Source of the DNA: an uncultured Verrucomicrobiae bacterium | GTDB taxonomy: Bacteria > Verrucomicrobiota > Verrucomicrobiia > Chthoniobacterales > UBA10450 | NCBI GenBank assembly: GCA_963815455.1 | Contig: CAWFGO010000003.1 | Span: forward strand, 672,001-736,000 | Direction: 5' to 3' | Length of the DNA stretch: 64,000 nucleotides | Shown here: piece by piece, positions 1-9,335 of the stretch | Position numbering within the stretch: the first letter of the stretch is position 1 | How the letters are laid out: every line of letters starts with the position of its first letter | Notes under the pieces: model-generated | What the model saw: only the letters and a program-made list of their open reading frames with translations | The model's database searches: none | Told to the model about the DNA's origin: nothing | Made by a program: the position numbers and the translations under genes

Positions 1-630
1 GTTTTTTTCCGCGGCGATTGCATCGACAATCATTCGTCGCACCGTCGCGGCGCTCGGCGCGTCGAGGCGGCACACCAGCAACAGCCCAATATTATCGAAA
101 TCGCCGATCGCCCGGAAGATTTTGAAATATGGATTCGATGCGAAACCGGAAATCTGGCGCGCGGTAGCGGCCAGCATGGCCAGCTCCGCATCAACGCACG
201 CTTCGTTGCGATTACCGATCGGGCCCGGCCCGGGCGTGTCGCCCGGATAATCCGCGGTCGAACGAATCTTTAGCGGAATGCCTCTGATAACAGCGACGAA
301 CCGGATGGAGCTTTCCGTTGTCGATGTTCCCTGCGCCAGCGGGCGAATTGTCCACCAACCGTGTTCCTTGAATGCATCGCGAAGCGGGCCCGCGATATCG
401 TCATCGTACTCGGCGCGGCTAATTTCCTCCTGAGTGGAACAACTTAGCCCAACCAGATGATCGACCGCGATCCCGCGCTGCTGGGCGTAAAATTTCGCCA
501 GCGAAACCGATTCAGACAATGTCTTGTTGTAAATGACAATGGTCGAATCCGCGAGGGATGGATCGGCTCGAGCATCGAGCACGATTACGAGCACGATTAC
601 GACCGGAAGAAAAAATCGAAAACGTCTCAT
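1..630 (-). CDS. TIGR03790-like exported protein (runs off window start; not in ORF track)
   Basis: Manual translation from ATG at 630: MRRFRFFLPVVIVLVIVLDARADPSLADSTIVIYNK...SLAKFYAQQRGIAVDHLVGL...EEISR...NEACVDAELAML...NPYF...LLLVCRLDAP. Signal peptide plus motifs typical of the TIGR03790 family. Confidence 0.75.
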   Translation of the reverse strand, partial: MRRFRFFLPVVIVLVIVLDARADPSLADSTIVIYNKTLSESVSLAKFYAQQRGIAVDHLVGLSCSTQEEISRAEYDDDIAGPLRDAFKEHGWWTIRPLAQGTSTTESSIRFVAVIRGIPLKIRSTADYPGDTPGPGPIGNRNEACVDAELAMLAATARQISGFASNPYFKIFRAIGDFDNIGLLLVCRLDAPSAATVRRMIVDAIAAEKN

Positions 631-1431
631 TTACAGATGAAGCTTGAGGCCGTCATACGCGATGTGCGTATGCGCCGGAAGCCGCGATTCGGCCGCTTGC
701 GGGAGATCGTGGCAAACATGAGTGAAATAAGTCTCCTCCGGACGCACCCGCGCCGCCGCTTCGATCGCTTGACCGACACTCAAATGAGTCGGATGCGGCT
801 TGTCGCGAAGCGCGTCGATAATCAACACCTTCACTCCGGCGATAAGATCGACAATCGCTTCCGGCACCGCGCTGCAATCGCTTAGATAGGCAACGAGCTT
901 TTGCCCGTCGCGCGAGAAAAGATATCCGTTGACGACCGAATTGCCGTGCGGCACCGGCAACGGAGTAATGATTGTCGATCCTAGTTCGAACGGTCCAGCA
1001 ATGACGTGCGGTTCGGGTTTCAAGTAATAGGGAATCGGATTGCTCGCCTGAAAGGCGAACTGAAAAACGCGCTCCAAATCGCCCATCGTTTCGGGAGAAG
1101 CATAAACCGGCATCGAGCCGCGCGCGTGCGAGAACCGGCGCAGATCGTCGAAGCCCATGATGTGATCGGTATGCGAATGGGTGAAAACAACCGCATCGAG
1201 TCGCCGAATATTTTCGCGAAGAGCTTGGGTCCGAAAATCAGTCCCCGTGTCCACTACCCAGGCGCATTCGGGCGTTTCGACATAAATGGACGAGCGCAGC
1301 CGTTGATCGCGCGGATCAGGCGACCGGCAGACCTCGCAATCGCAACCGATCATCGGCACACCCTGCGATGTGCCAGTGCCAAGGAAAGTGAGCGTTAACC
1401 CCGACTTGAGCTTTGAATCTTGAATTGGCAA
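631..1431 (-). CDS. PhnP/YycJ-like metallo-beta-lactamase-fold hydrolase
   Basis: LGTGTSQGVPMIGCDCEVC N-terminus, THSHTDHIMG (HxHxDH) motif, THVCH and AYDGL C-terminal motifs. Confidence 0.9.
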   Translation of the reverse strand: MPIQDSKLKSGLTLTFLGTGTSQGVPMIGCDCEVCRSPDPRDQRLRSSIYVETPECAWVVDTGTDFRTQALRENIRRLDAVVFTHSHTDHIMGFDDLRRFSHARGSMPVYASPETMGDLERVFQFAFQASNPIPYYLKPEPHVIAGPFELGSTIITPLPVPHGNSVVNGYLFSRDGQKLVAYLSDCSAVPEAIVDLIAGVKVLIIDALRDKPHPTHLSVGQAIEAAARVRPEETYFTHVCHDLPQAAESRLPAHTHIAYDGLKLHL

Positions 1432-1489
1432 GCTGCCACTCTCAACTCAACCACTCCACCTCTCAACTCCTCAACCGCTCAACTTCCAG

Positions 1490-3152
1490 ATGCCCGCTGT
1501 TCTCAATCTCCTGCGAATCAAAAATCTCGCGCTCGTAGAGGAACTTGAGTGGCAGATTGCGCCGGGCTTCGTCGCGGTCACGGGTGAAACCGGCGCGGGC
1601 AAATCGATCATCATTGGCGCGCTGCAACTTGTGCTGGGCGAGCGCGCCGATAAATCGCTTATTCGCACTGGCACCGATCTGTGCACCGTCGAAGCCGTCT
1701 TCAGTGGAGCGGATTTGCAAAAGCTAAATCCGCAGCTGGTCGGAGCGGGGGTCGAGCCGTGCGAGGACGAGTTGATTATCAAGCGAACGATTTCGGCAAG
1801 CGGCGCCAATCGCCAGTTCATCAACGGTTCGCCAACGACATTGTCGATCCTCAAGAATCTCGGCGACGACCTTGTCGATCTGCACGGACCGCACGATCAC
1901 CAGTCGTTGCTCTCGCCGGAAAAGCAGTTGGGTCTGCTCGATTCGTTCGCGCGCGCAGGCGAGCAGCTCGACGAGTATCGAAAGCATTACCGCCAATTAC
2001 AGACACTTCTGGCCGAACACGCCGCTCTTAATACCGCCGAGACCGCCCGGGAACAGGAACTCGATCTCCTCCGTCATCAAACTCGCGAAATCACGGCGGC
2101 CAATCTGGTCGCAGGCGAAGAAGAAGAAATCGAGAACCGCTACAAACTGGCCAGCAACAGCAAACGCCTGATCGAACTGGCTGGCGCGGTTGCCAACAAA
2201 CTGTCCGAAGCCGACGAGTCCGTTCTATCGCAATTATCGGAGACGCAACGCCTGCTGCGCGAGCTGGAGAAGATCGACAATTCCATTTCGCAGTTTTCTA
2301 CCGGACACGAGAGCGCGGTGGTTGAGCTCTCCGAAATCGCGCGTTCGCTTTCCGATTATGCCCAGAAACTCGATCTCGATCCGGAACAACTGGCCGCGCT
2401 CGAACAGCGCGTTTCTCTCTTCGAAACTCTAAAGCGCAAATACGGCGGCTCAATCGCCGAAGTCATCGCGTTCGGTGAGCGCGCCGCCGAGCGAATGCGC
2501 AAGATCGAAGGACGCGACGCCGAGCTGGAACGCCTGGCGAAAGAAATTGACAATGTTCGCGCGCAGATGAATCGCGCTGGTGATGCTCTGCGAAAACTGC
2601 GGACCAAAGTCCGCGCCGAAACTTTCCGAAAATATCCGGCGCAATCTGCGCGACCTCGGATTTCGTCAGTCCGAGTTCGAAGGGAAACTAGACGCGCTGG
2701 ACCAGCCGCGCCCGAACGGATTCGATTCGGTGGAATTACTCTTCTCACCAAACCCGGGCGAGCCGCTCAAACCGTTGCGCGCCATCGCCTCGAGCGGTGA
2801 AATCTCCCGGCTGATGCTGGCGATCAAATCCGCATTGGCCGTGCACGACGAAATTCCATTGCTGGTGTTCGACGAGATCGACACCAACGTCGGTGGCGAG
2901 ATCGCGCACGCCGTCGGAGCCAAAATGCAAACGTTAGGCCGGGACCATCAGGTCCTGTGCATCACTCATCTTCCTCAAGTCGCCGCAACTGCTTCGTCTC
3001 ATTTTGTTGTGACAAAAGAAGTCGTCCGCGGCCGCACCTATTCGCAACTGCGCGAAGTCTCCGGCAAAGGTCGCCGCGAAGAAATCGCAAGGATGCTCGG
3101 CGGAAAAAGTGAATCGGCGCTGGAACTCGCCGCAACATTGTTGAGAGAATAG
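1490..3152 (+). CDS. recN: DNA repair protein RecN (one apparent +1 frameshift near 2608)
   Basis: Walker A TGETGAGKS and HGPHDHQ in ORF 1490-2800; signature ASSGEISR, LVFDEID and ITHLPQVAA in ORF 2580-3152. Removing one A in accaaagtcc joins the frames. Confidence 0.93.
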
Positions 3153-3197
3153 TGACTGCGAATCAGGCGTATACGGACATTTGCGTGTTTCAGAAAA

Positions 3198-3290
3198 GTC
3201 ATCCCGAGCGAAGTCGAGGGATACCGATGCGCACGCTTGAAGCGAACTCCGCGGGATCCTTCGACTTCCCTACGCTCCGCTCAGGATGAC
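3198..3290. repeat. GTCATCC...GGATGAC palindromic REP-like element, copy 1
   Basis: gtcatcccgagcgaagtcgaggga...gatccttcgacttc...gctcaggatgac forms a long imperfect inverted repeat between convergent recN and ArnT genes; related copies at 16756 and 21398. Confidence 0.8.
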
Positions 3291-3341
3291 ATTATTAGGT
3301 GGCGACCCCATCTGCTTTCCATCCGGTGTGTCGGCGTGCGA

Positions 3342-4814
3342 TCACCGCCTGATCAATACGTAGCCAGAGCCGCGCTCGTCTTTCCGCGCTTCTGATTTCA
3401 ATTCCGATAGCGCGGCATCGTGAAGTTGACGCATCAACATCGGCGCGTCCTCGGCCGGAACCACCAGCGCATCGACATTTCCGCGATTCCATTCGGCAAT
3501 TGCGCGCTCGGATTTCAGGAAATGCGGCCTGCGCAAGTAGAGAAGAAGTCCCTCATCGCTTCCCCAAACTGGTTCGTAGCGCCAGTGGTGTTTCTCCGCG
3601 TCGGCTCGGACTTTCTTACCGAAAGTGACAAGTGCATCACGATGATCGCGATAACCGGCAACGACCTTCGCCGTCGCGTAAACACTCGTGAACAGGATCG
3701 ACACGGCCAACGCAATCGCGGTCCAGAGATAGATACGACTGCGGGTTTGTTCGCTTCGCAAACCATGTGCGACCTGTGTCGCCAGAAGCAAACAGAGCGG
3801 CGGAATCACCGGGAAAATCCGGTCCACGCGCTTGGATGGAATCAGCGACATCGCCAGCAAACCGCCCAGGCTCCAGCAGATCAGCCAGAACGTTTCCGGC
3901 GATACTTGTCGAAACGCTTCGCGAAATTTCCAATTGATCGCGCGAAGATCGACAACTACCAGCGCGATCATCAGCACGCTCCAGGGGGCAAACTTGTGGA
4001 GGAGATGGGGCAAATAAAAATAGAATGGCTGGGGACGATGGACCGTTTCGCCAAAACGTCCCACGAACTCGTGCATCACAACCTCGTTGAAGAAACCGGG
4101 CTGAAAAACAATCCCGCCGGCAACCCACAAAAGAAAAATTCCCAGCGACGCCAGCCATGGCCACCAGCCGCAGCCACGCGCAGATGTGGGAATTTTGCGG
4201 CGCGACCACACAAAGATGAGAACGCCTGGAAACAAAAACGCATAAACAATCGGGCCTTTTATCAGCATTGCCGCGGTCAGCAGCAAGAAGAGCAACCCTC
4301 GGTCGCGCGTATCCCAGCTGCGCTTTTCTCGAATATGGGTCCAAATTTGCAGCCCGATCGAGAAAATCACCAGCGCAAGCGGCATGTCGGTACGGACAAG
4401 CGTGGCCAGGCGCGGACTTAGCAGATTGAATCCGAATGCGCTCAGCGCGATCAATCCAGCCACTACGCCGTAAGACGAAGTTGCGGAACGAAACAATAAC
4501 ATCGACATCGCAATCGCGGCGAAAAACGACGGCAATCGCCAAGCCACAGTCCACGATCGAGTCACCACAAAAAGGCCGGACGAAATCCATCCCACCAGCG
4601 GCGGCTTTGTTGCGACGTGATCGTGCGGTGTTTGTTGATAGAACCAGTGACCTTCCTTCACCATCTCGAACGACGTGTAGGCCTGCTTCGCCTGATCGTA
4701 ATTGTCGAGTTGCCAGGGAAGATTCGTGGCCAGAAAGAGGAGGAGCATCAACGCGCTGACGATCCAGAGCGTGCGCCGGTCTGTGAGAAGTGATTTCACA
4801 ATCTGCCCGTTCAT
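3342..4814 (-). CDS. ArnT/PMT (GT39/GT83)-like membrane glycosyltransferase
   Basis: Multiple TM segments; DNYDQAKQA, TKPPLVGW, WRLPS, RTDMPL and LIKGP motifs. Confidence 0.85.
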   Translation of the reverse strand: MNGQIVKSLLTDRRTLWIVSALMLLLFLATNLPWQLDNYDQAKQAYTSFEMVKEGHWFYQQTPHDHVATKPPLVGWISSGLFVVTRSWTVAWRLPSFFAAIAMSMLLFRSATSSYGVVAGLIALSAFGFNLLSPRLATLVRTDMPLALVIFSIGLQIWTHIREKRSWDTRDRGLLFLLLTAAMLIKGPIVYAFLFPGVLIFVWSRRKIPTSARGCGWWPWLASLGIFLLWVAGGIVFQPGFFNEVVMHEFVGRFGETVHRPQPFYFYLPHLLHKFAPWSVLMIALVVVDLRAINWKFREAFRQVSPETFWLICWSLGGLLAMSLIPSKRVDRIFPVIPPLCLLLATQVAHGLRSEQTRSRIYLWTAIALAVSILFTSVYATAKVVAGYRDHRDALVTFGKKVRADAEKHHWRYEPVWGSDEGLLLYLRRPHFLKSERAIAEWNRGNVDALVVPAEDAPMLMRQLHDAALSELKSEARKDERGSGYVLIRR

Positions 4815-4845
4815 GAATAGCCACGAAAAGGAATGCGACGCATCT

Positions 4846-5519
4846 CATTAACACCGGCCTTTAGGCCGGTGACCACGAACGCGGAACGCAAGAAGCCGTT
4901 TCAACGGCTTTCCTCCCCTCTCCACTTTAGCCCATGGCGTTCGATAAATTCCTTAAGTTCCTCTCCAAATGTCCGCACGCAGTGATGTTGTTCCTGCCCC
5001 GAAATGTACGCGGCGACTTCCCCAACATTCGATTCCGAGACTGAGAATGCTCCGTAACCTCGTCCCCACGCGAATTTTCCCGCGATAAGATTGTTCGCAT
5101 TGATCCAGTGCGAGGAACTCCCCTTGAATAATTGCACTACGTCCTCGATTGAGACGCCGGTTGGAAGGTCGATGAGGGCATGAACGTGATCGGCGTTCAC
5201 GTAATTGATCTTCACGTAGATGCCCTTCGACGCGGCGTACTCGCTGATATATCCAGACACACGCACCGCCGCGTCTTTGTTCAGGAGTCTTTCCCGGTTC
5301 AGAGTGCCCCAGATCAGATGCACCCAGCACTGCGAATAGGAATGCAACGACATCTCGGCGAGCCTAAGCCGTTAAAACGGCTCATGTCCATCCCCTGAGC
5401 GGAGCACCGGCCTGAAGGCCGGTGTTAATGGGAACGGCATGTCTTAAGAACAGAGTTGTCAGTAACACCTGTCTTAGACCTGTGCTTCCGCGCGCGCCAG
5501 TCAGCCGTTTCAACGGTTT
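4846..5519. repeat. Three two-hairpin (A+B) REP units flanking tnpA
   Basis: A=cattaacaccggcctttaggccggtg (4846-4871) with B=aagccgtttcaacggctt (4893-4910); inverted copy B' 5367-5382 and A' 5405-5430; degenerate A ~5459-5484 with B 5503-5518. Confidence 0.85.
4901..5353 (-). mobile_element. tnpA: IS200/IS605 TnpA-like (Y1 HUH) REP-associated transposase
   Basis: HLIWGT, DHVHALI (HUH), KGSSSHWIN, FAWGRGYGAFSVS, YISGQEQHH (catalytic Tyr); no tnpB; flanked by inverted REP units. Confidence 0.9.
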
Positions 5520-6853
5520 TCCATCATCGCGCCCAGCTCCTCGATAATCGCCCGGGCCGCTTTGTCGCTTGCACCACCTTGCCCGAGTTTGGCGATGACC
5601 GAGTCGAATTCAGCAATCATCTTTTCGCGAGCGCCCGCATCCTTCATGAGGCGCGACACAGTCTCGGCAATCGCGACCGGGCTTGCGCGATGTTGAATGA
5701 ATTCAGGCACGACTTCCTTGTTCGCGAGAACGTTCGGCATCCCGAGATGCTTCACGTTCACGACCATTCGCGCCGCGAGATAGGTCGGCCACGCGACTTT
5801 GTAAACGAGGACGAACGGCATCCGGAAATACGCGGCTTCGAGCGTTGCGCTTCCCGACGCTACGATCCCGACGAAAGCACGCTGCATGATTGCAGCAGTT
5901 TCACCGGTCGTGATTTGGAATAAGTGCTGCCCCGGGCGGAGCATCTCGTTCATTTCGGCGGCCAGTTCTTGCGACGCCGCGGCCACTTCAAAGCGCAATT
6001 GTGGTTTCGATCGCGCAAGCTCATTCGCCGCGGCGATCATGATCGGGAAAATCTTGCGGACTTCGCGTCGCCGGCTTCCCGGGAAAAGCCCGATCAGGTT
6101 CGGATCGCGTTCAATGTCGCCGGACCCGCCTGCGGCGGGCAGCACCTTCGCTTCACCCGCTGGCTCGGTTCGTATCGCAGTGTTTGAAGGGGCTGGGCGA
6201 TCCAGCTGGTTCTGCGAACCAGCTGCCCTTCGGGCGCGAAGCGGATCGATCTTCAAGCCACGCAACCGATCGATCATGGGATGACCGACAAATTCCGTGC
6301 GCAGGCCTGATTTATTGTAGAGCTCGGCCTCGAACGGGAAAATGCAGAGCATCAGATCGAGAAATTGCGCCATCTTCTCAATGCGTCCGCGGTTCCAGGC
6401 CCAGACCTGGGGGCTGATGTAGTAAATGATTTTTTGTTGGGGCGATTTTTCCCGGAGAGTGCGGGCAAGGCGCAAATTGAATCCCGGATAATCGATCAGC
6501 ACAACGGCGTCGGGCTTGGCTTTCTCAATTTCGCCGAGCGTTTCGTGGAATTGCTTTCGGAAATAACCGTATTTCTTGATCACTTCCCACAAGCCAAGAA
6601 CAGCCGCCTCACCCAACCAATCGGTGAAATTCGCCCCGGCGATCGCCCGCATCTGCGGACCACCTCGGCCGAAGAAATTAAGTCCGCCTTTGGACGGACT
6701 CGCCGTGGCGAGATCGACATCGCGCTTGCGCAGCGAAGACATCAACGCTGCGCCGTGATTATCGCCGCTCGCTTCGCCAGCGACGAAGTAGAGTGATTTC
6801 GCTTTCGGAGGGACGTGCTTTCGCACGTCCTCGCTTGTGTGATCATTCACCAT
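5510..6853 (-). CDS. lpxB: Lipid-A-disaccharide synthase carrying in-frame repeat insertions
   Basis: AGEASGD, LIDYPGFN, YYISPQVWAW, IFPFE, VGHP, LFPGSR, ASGSATLE, VVPEFIQ motifs; likely start ATG at 6853. Confidence 0.95.
   Translation of the reverse strand: MVNDHTSEDVRKHVPPKAKSLYFVAGEASGDNHGAALMSSLRKRDVDLATASPSKGGLNFFGRGGPQMRAIAGANFTDWLGEAAVLGLWEVIKKYGYFRKQFHETLGEIEKAKPDAVVLIDYPGFNLRLARTLREKSPQQKIIYYISPQVWAWNRGRIEKMAQFLDLMLCIFPFEAELYNKSGLRTEFVGHPMIDRLRGLKIDPLRARRAAGSQNQLDRPAPSNTAIRTEPAGEAKVLPAAGGSGDIERDPNLIGLFPGSRRREVRKIFPIMIAAANELARSKPQLRFEVAAASQELAAEMNEMLRPGQHLFQITTGETAAIMQRAFVGIVASGSATLEAAYFRMPFVLVYKVAWPTYLAARMVVNVKHLGMPNVLANKEVVPEFIQHRASPVAIAETVSRLMKDAGAREKMIAEFDSVIAKLGQGGASDKAARAIIEELGAMMENR
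6683..6712 (-). repeat. 30-nt double-hairpin coding insertion (copy in lpxB)
   Basis: ctcgccacggcgagtccgtccaaaggcgga on the coding strand; 26/30 identical to 46309-46338 in infB; encodes LATASPSKGG. Confidence 0.8.
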
Positions 6854-7333
6854 CGCAACACAGTTAACTCTCCCTGGTACGGCCAATCATCTGCGTTCGC
6901 GACGAGCCCGTGGCGAACGGGATTATTCCGAACATATTCCCATTTGTCGCCGTAACTTTCACCTGAGCGAAGCTGCCGATCCCAGTGATGGCGTTGCCAT
7001 ATCTCGCCCTTGATTTTGTCCATACTGCGCGTGGCGTTAGATTTCCAAAAACGCATCCAGCGTTCCAGGGATGACGGATTCGGATCGTTTGGCGCACAAA
7101 AAAAATGAATATGATCCGGCATAATCACATATCGACCAACGAGCCATTTGGACGCATTTTGCCAGGCGTTGATAATCGCTTGGTGAGCCGAATCCGACGC
7201 GAGGAGTTTGCGGCGATCATTAGTGCAAGTCGTTACAAAAACGATGATCGGTCGGTTATGTGCTTCAAGAGGGGCGAGATGAATCGGATGTTTCCGCTCA
7301 GGAAGAGGCGGACGTGCGGAAGCACGTCCCTCC
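6807..7333. repeat. Pair of inverted GGAG-type REPs (6807-6830 and 7310-7333) flanking a RAYT
   Basis: ggag-ggacgtgc-tttc-gcacgtcc and its reverse-orientation copy ggacgtgc-ggaa-gcacgtcc-ctcc. Confidence 0.85.
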
Positions 7334-7356
7334 GCTGATCTAGACCATTCGCTCAT
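6847..7356 (-). mobile_element. REP-associated tyrosine transposase (RAYT, Y1 HUH)
   Basis: FVTTCT, YVIMPDHIHF (HUH), IWQRHHWDRQLR, YVRNNPVRHGLV...WPY motifs; likely start ATG 7356. Confidence 0.9.
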
Positions 7357-7358
7357 GA

Positions 7359-8285
7359 TCACGAACGCGCATCGGTCGCGATTTTTTTCGTGATTTCCAC
7401 CGCCAGCTCCAGCGCAGCAGTTGCCTGAAAGCCTGAGACGCGCGGCTGACGCCCGGTGCTCGCGCATTCGATAAACGATGCGAGCTGTTGCTTAAGCGGT
7501 TCCTCGCGAGCGATCTGGACTTTGTCGCGCGTGATTCGTCCATCGACTCGCCGATAAATTTCGCCGCTCTGATTTTGATAATCGAGTGAGAGATAGGCGT
7601 CCTCCTGAAAAACGCGAATCTTGCGCATCCGCTCGGGACTGATCCGGCTCGATGTGACATTAGCCACGCAACCGTTCTCGAAACGAATCCGGGCATTGGC
7701 AATGTCTTCGCCTTTGCTCAACACCGGCACACCCACGGCGTCGATGCTCTGCACCGGCGACCGCACCAGATGCAAAATAATTTCGAGATCATGGATCATC
7801 AGATCGAGAACAACGCCGATATCGGTGCTCCGCTCCGGATAAGGCGAAAGCCGATGGGCTTCGATAAAGCGCGGATGAGTCAGACGCTGTTCGAGCGCGC
7901 TCAGGACCGGATTGAATCGCTCCACGTGACCCACCTGCAGGATGAGCCCCTTTCCCGCCGCCAGTTCCGCCAGCTCACTCGCATGGGCGGTGTTATCGGT
8001 GATCGGTTTCTCAATGAGCAGATGTATGCCGCGCTCCGAAAGCTTCTTCCCAATGTCGAAATGAGTATTCGTTGGTGTTGCGACAGATGCAGCGTCTATC
8101 ATTCCCGAAAATTCATCCAGCGAACCAGCCGCCTTGGCGCCGAACTTTTTCGCAATCGAATTGGCCCGCGCAAGATCGACATCATAAACCGCTGAGAACT
8201 CCGCCGACGGGATCTCCGAGTAAATCCGGGCATGATTGCTCCCGATATGGCCCACACCAATAACGCCAACACGCAAAGTCTTCAT
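7359..8285 (-). CDS. Gfo/Idh/MocA oxidoreductase (GnnA-like, lipid A operon context)
   Basis: GVIGVGHIG, LIEKP, VGHVERFNP, VVLDLMIHD motifs; upstream of lpxB. Confidence 0.88.
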   Translation of the reverse strand: MKTLRVGVIGVGHIGSNHARIYSEIPSAEFSAVYDVDLARANSIAKKFGAKAAGSLDEFSGMIDAASVATPTNTHFDIGKKLSERGIHLLIEKPITDNTAHASELAELAAGKGLILQVGHVERFNPVLSALEQRLTHPRFIEAHRLSPYPERSTDIGVVLDLMIHDLEIILHLVRSPVQSIDAVGVPVLSKGEDIANARIRFENGCVANVTSSRISPERMRKIRVFQEDAYLSLDYQNQSGEIYRRVDGRITRDKVQIAREEPLKQQLASFIECASTGRQPRVSGFQATAALELAVEITKKIATDARS

Positions 8286-8396
8286 CTCGTTTTGAACGAA
8301 ACGGAATTTCTTTGCTTAAAATTGAAAAATTCTGCTTCGGCGGTGCAACGATCCACACTAACTAGATAAAGTGGTTCAGTCACAAGTAGGAGCAAC

Positions 8397-9335
8397 TCAA
8401 CGCGGGCCATTTTTCAAAAACCAATCGTACGCGCAACTAATTCCATCACGAAGCGCAATTGTGGCGCGCCAGCCGAGTTTTGTCAGCTTGGTAACATCAA
8501 GAAGCTTCTGCGGTGTGCCGTCGGGCTTGGTCGTGTCCCAGGCGAGGTCGCCATCGAACCCGACGATTTCGCAAATTAGCTCGGCGAGCTCGCGGATCGA
8601 GATGTCTTCGCCGCAGCCGACGTTGATGATCTCGGGCGAATCGTATTTTTCGAGAAGGAAGAGGCAGGCCGAGGCGAGATCATCGACATGAAGAAATTCG
8701 CGACGCGGTTTTCCTGAGCCCCACACCACCAGCTCCCGCGCCTTATTTTTTTTCGCTTCGTGGGCCTTGCGCAGTAAGGCGGGCAACACGTGCGATGTCT
8801 CGAGATCGAAATTGTCGTTCGGGCCGTAAAGGTTTGTCGGCATCGCCGAGATGAAATTTGCGCCGTACTCACGAGCGTAAGCCTGACAGAGTTTGATTCC
8901 GGCGATCTTGGCGATGGCGTAGGCTTCGTTAGTCGGCTCGAGCGGGCCGGCGAGGAGTGCGCTCTCCGGGATCGGCTGGGGCGCGTGCTTGGGATAAATG
9001 CAGGAGCTGCCAAGAAACAGCAGTTTGCGCACGCCGTTTTCATGCGCGGCGCGAATGACGTTGTTTTGGATCGACAAGTTCTGAAGAAGAAATTCGACAG
9101 GATGATCGTTGTTCGCTTTGATCCCGCCGACTTTAGCCGCGGCGAGAATCACGACGACAGGTTTCTCTTCGCCGAGAAACTTCGCGACTACGGCTTCGTT
9201 CGTTAGATCGAGCTGGGACCGGTCGCGTTTGAGCAGGTTGGCAAAACCGTCCGCCTCGAGTCGCTGGACCAACGCGCTGCCGACCATTCCCTGATGGCCG
9301 GCTACGAAGATTTTATCGGATTTATTCATCGGCAT
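8397..9335 (-). CDS. fcl: GDP-L-fucose synthase
   Basis: AGHQGMVGSA, AAAKVGGI, LGSSCIYPK, YAIAK, NLYGPNDNF, REFLHVDD, KPDGTP. Confidence 0.96.
   Translation of the reverse strand: MPMNKSDKIFVAGHQGMVGSALVQRLEADGFANLLKRDRSQLDLTNEAVVAKFLGEEKPVVVILAAAKVGGIKANNDHPVEFLLQNLSIQNNVIRAAHENGVRKLLFLGSSCIYPKHAPQPIPESALLAGPLEPTNEAYAIAKIAGIKLCQAYAREYGANFISAMPTNLYGPNDNFDLETSHVLPALLRKAHEAKKNKARELVVWGSGKPRREFLHVDDLASACLFLLEKYDSPEIINVGCGEDISIRELAELICEIVGFDGDLAWDTTKPDGTPQKLLDVTKLTKLGWRATIALRDGISCAYDWFLKNGPR

Noticed and set aside
3420..4854. Long overlapping ORFs (3420-4421, 3637-4854; likewise 10146-11180, 11066-12088, 14808-16013, 24883-25761)
   Set aside because: Antisense or off-frame shadows of well-supported genes in GC-rich DNA, with no recognisable motifs.
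4901..5353. IS605/IS200 element with TnpB/IscB and omega-RNA
   Set aside because: No RuvC-type ORF or room for one nearby; the flanks are inverted REP units.
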